Shown: positions 61,463-64,000 of the stretch, in pieces
Position numbering within the stretch: position 1 is the first letter of the stretch
Layout of the letters: the number at the start of each line of letters is the position of its first letter
Origin: the human T2T-CHM13v2.0 reference genome, Homo sapiens
Strand: one strand, 5' to 3'
DNA: 64,000 bases
NCBI RefSeq assembly: GCF_009914755.1
Contig: NC_060931.1
Made by a program: the position numbers and the translations under genes
The notes under the pieces: model-generated
Database searches by the model: none
Seen by the model: the letters and a program-made list of their open reading frames with translations, nothing else
What the model was told of the DNA's origin: nothing

Positions 61463-61597
61463 GGCCAGGTGCAATGGCTCATGCCTATAATCCTGGTGGA
61501 CTTGAGCTACGATCACGCTGTTGCACTCCAGCCTGAGCAGCAGAGTGAGACTTTGTCTCTAAAAAAAATAAAAATAAAAATAAATAAATAAATAAAA
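61463..61597 (+). mobile_element. Internally deleted Alu with TSD aattccaaggg(c/t)a
   Basis: About 32 nt of Alu 5' end joined to the last ~65 nt of the right arm plus tail; TSD at 61450-61462 and 61598-61610. Confidence 0.8.
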
Positions 61598-63159
61598 AAT
61601 TCCAAGGGTAGGGAGGATTTTTTGATGAGCACTTTATTCATCTTTTTATCACTTTACATCATCTATGATGAGCATTTTATCATCTTCAGCTTTTATTGAT
61701 GAGCACTTTATTTATCAAAATTCCAAGGGAAGTGGGGAATCCTGGGGCAGGGAAGTTGGTCTAGCCCAGCTGGTCTAATAGAGATGAAACTGCGGAGAGA
61801 ATTTGACTACACATCTGAGGAGTGCACGCAGCTGCAAGATCATAGGACAGTAGGGTACATTTTTGGATGGCAGTGGAATGTGAGAGGGGGAAACAGTGGA
61901 GGGTTTGACAATGCTTAGTGAAGGTGTTTCCACTACTTTTCGATTCTTTTCTTAAGTTACTCAATTCTAAACCATGAGTGTGTTGAGATTCCTTGTGAAA
62001 AGCAGCAGAGTGACTCTAGGCAGAAACAAGGTGGTTTCTGATGATGGAGATGCAGAGAAAAACAGGATCCAAAGGCCAGACTTTAGCAGAAATCATGAGG
62101 AAACTCTGGATTTGCAGAGGCCCAGGAAATTTTAAGACTAATTTACCTAAATATCCAAAGTCCAGTGAGGTCCCAAATTACAGTTGCATTGTCCATGCGT
62201 AGTCATAATTCTGTGTCCTGAACAACGAGGTCTTTGGTGACAGACAAAGACTGTAGAAACCCAGTTTTCCTTATCTTTCTATTTGCAGCAGGTGAAACTA
62301 CCCTACTCCTCTCTTTAAAACCTACTCCCTCATTACTGGCTCACAAATTCTAACAGTGTCAATTCGTTCTTAGATTTTAAGTTTCTTTTATTATCCACCT
62401 TAAAATATATTTAAAATTAGAAAAGCAATAATCATTTCAAACAGGCAAGAAGGTTATAGAAGAAAATTACATTTGGAATCCTCAGAAATAATCACTGTTT
62501 AAATTTATTTTGTATCTTTTCGGACATTGACCAAACATAACGTGTGCGTGTGTGTGTGAGATATATTTCTTTAAGCAAAGGTGTTCACATAATTCAAAGG
62601 TCTGCAACTTCTTTTTTTCGTTTAACGACACATTTCCATATGAATACAGACATATAGACATCTCTTATTGTGTTTACTGTTTTTGTTGTGAAAAATTTCT
62701 TATATATGTAAAAGAACATATAAAATGTATGTGAAAAAAAGTTTTTCCAAGCCTAGTTTTCTATATTCCAATTTTGTTAATTGTCCCCATTATGTGTTTA
62801 CAGCATTTTGCCCTCAAAGGTATAGAATCCAGTCCAGGATCACATACTGTATTTAGTTTTCATGTCATTTTGTTCAACTTTAATCTGGAATAACTCCTTA
62901 GCTTTTCTTGACATAAAGAATTTGATGAACATGGACCAGTTAGTCTATAAATATTCTTCAATCTGGGAATTTTTCGTTTGAGAAGACAAGTTAAAAATTT
63001 AGCAAGGGGCACATATTTGGTACCTGAGTAATTAGAAAAAGTGAAAATGGGGAATTGGATTACCAAGTAACAAATTCATAGAACTTAAAATACAGAGTAT
63101 GCTCATAACGATCCATTACATTGACGCCAAGAACTATCCTGTTTAATGACAAAGAGAAG

Positions 63160-64000
63160 GCTAACATTTATTGAGTGCCCGTTGTTTGTTAGAAACAGTG
63201 ATAAAGATTTATTTCCATTATTCCTCCTAGCAACAGAACGAGGCAGCTACTACTGCTTCCATTTTACAATGTAGGAACCTAGGATTGATGTGGTTAATTG
63301 ACTTTCCCCAGATCACACAGCCAATAAGCGGTGGAGCTGGCCCTCAAATTCATGTTTCCAACTTTCATTTTCCATTAAACTGTGGCCTCTAAAATGCTTT
63401 TCCTCTGGCACAGTTGTTATGGGCTGTTAATCCTTGAAACAAACACTACTCAGAATTTTCTGGGAAATAATTGGTCCCAAATACAGTCATTCTCAGCTGC
63501 ATTTGACTTACCATCAATAGATCATAACTTCTTTTGCCACTTGGCCTCCAAGATAATCTTGTCTGGTAGTTATCCTCATTTCCCTGATCACGATATGTAG
63601 GTGGGACCCAGGGTCAACCTTGGATTTCTGCTCTTATGTATTCTCACTTGCTCTTGTTGCTCCCATCTGGTCTCATGGATTTACATATGATCTATGTGCT
63701 CACAAGTCCCAGCTTTACCTCAGACTACTCCCTTGAACTCCTGAGTATATCCAAGTGTCAAATAAACATTTCTACTTTGATAGAGGAGAGGCAGCTCAAC
63801 CTGGCATGTCCAAAAATGAACTCCAAATTCTGTCCACCTCAAATTTGTTTTTCTCATAGTCTTCCTAAGAATATGACAACCCCAATTTTTTAATTGCTCA
63901 GTTACAAACTTTTGAGTTACCACTGACTCTTTCTATTACAACCCTCTTTCAATCCATAAGCAGCCCCACCTTAAAAATACATACCCAGAGGTGACCGGGT
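63160..64000 (-). mobile_element. MIR (~63160-63370) and L2 (~63500-64000) remnants
   Basis: ctaacatttattgagtgcc...ccattttacaatgtaggaacct; ctcaacctggcatgtccaaaaatgaactc. Confidence 0.65.

Noticed and set aside
61618-61729. Repeated TGATGA considered as a C/D-box snoRNA or CRISPR-like repeat-spacer array
   Set aside because: No properly placed CTGA D box or terminal stem. Copies are irregular in length and spacing, and the DNA is eukaryotic with no cas genes.

Overview
Primate (almost certainly human) genomic DNA containing the 5' end of SLC25A13 (citrin, mitochondrial aspartate/glutamate carrier AGC2) on the minus strand. Its CpG-island promoter and exon 1 (ATG GCG GCC GCC AAG|gtaacc) lie at ~31.4-32.3 kb, followed by a 24,990-nt intron 1, the 54-nt exon 2 (6793-6846) and part of intron 2. 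Positions ~32.3-64 kb are upstream intergenic sequence. The rest is mostly interspersed repeats: a dead L1PA element at 1-4340, more than 25 Alus/monomers, MIR/L2, MaLR LTRs and DNA transposons. Retroposed cellular RNAs include two U6 pseudogenes and a TSD-flanked SERF2 retrocopy that retains intron sequence and has a 130-bp tandem duplication. I see no evidence of a wholly new biological system. The best leads are the SERF2 retrocopy with a chimeric 65-aa micro-ORF, two candidate poison exons in intron 1, homeodomain/PBX-HOX motif clusters that may be developmental enhancers, an Arg-rich uORF and several local duplications. Repeat boundaries are approximate and subfamily names were assigned by eye.
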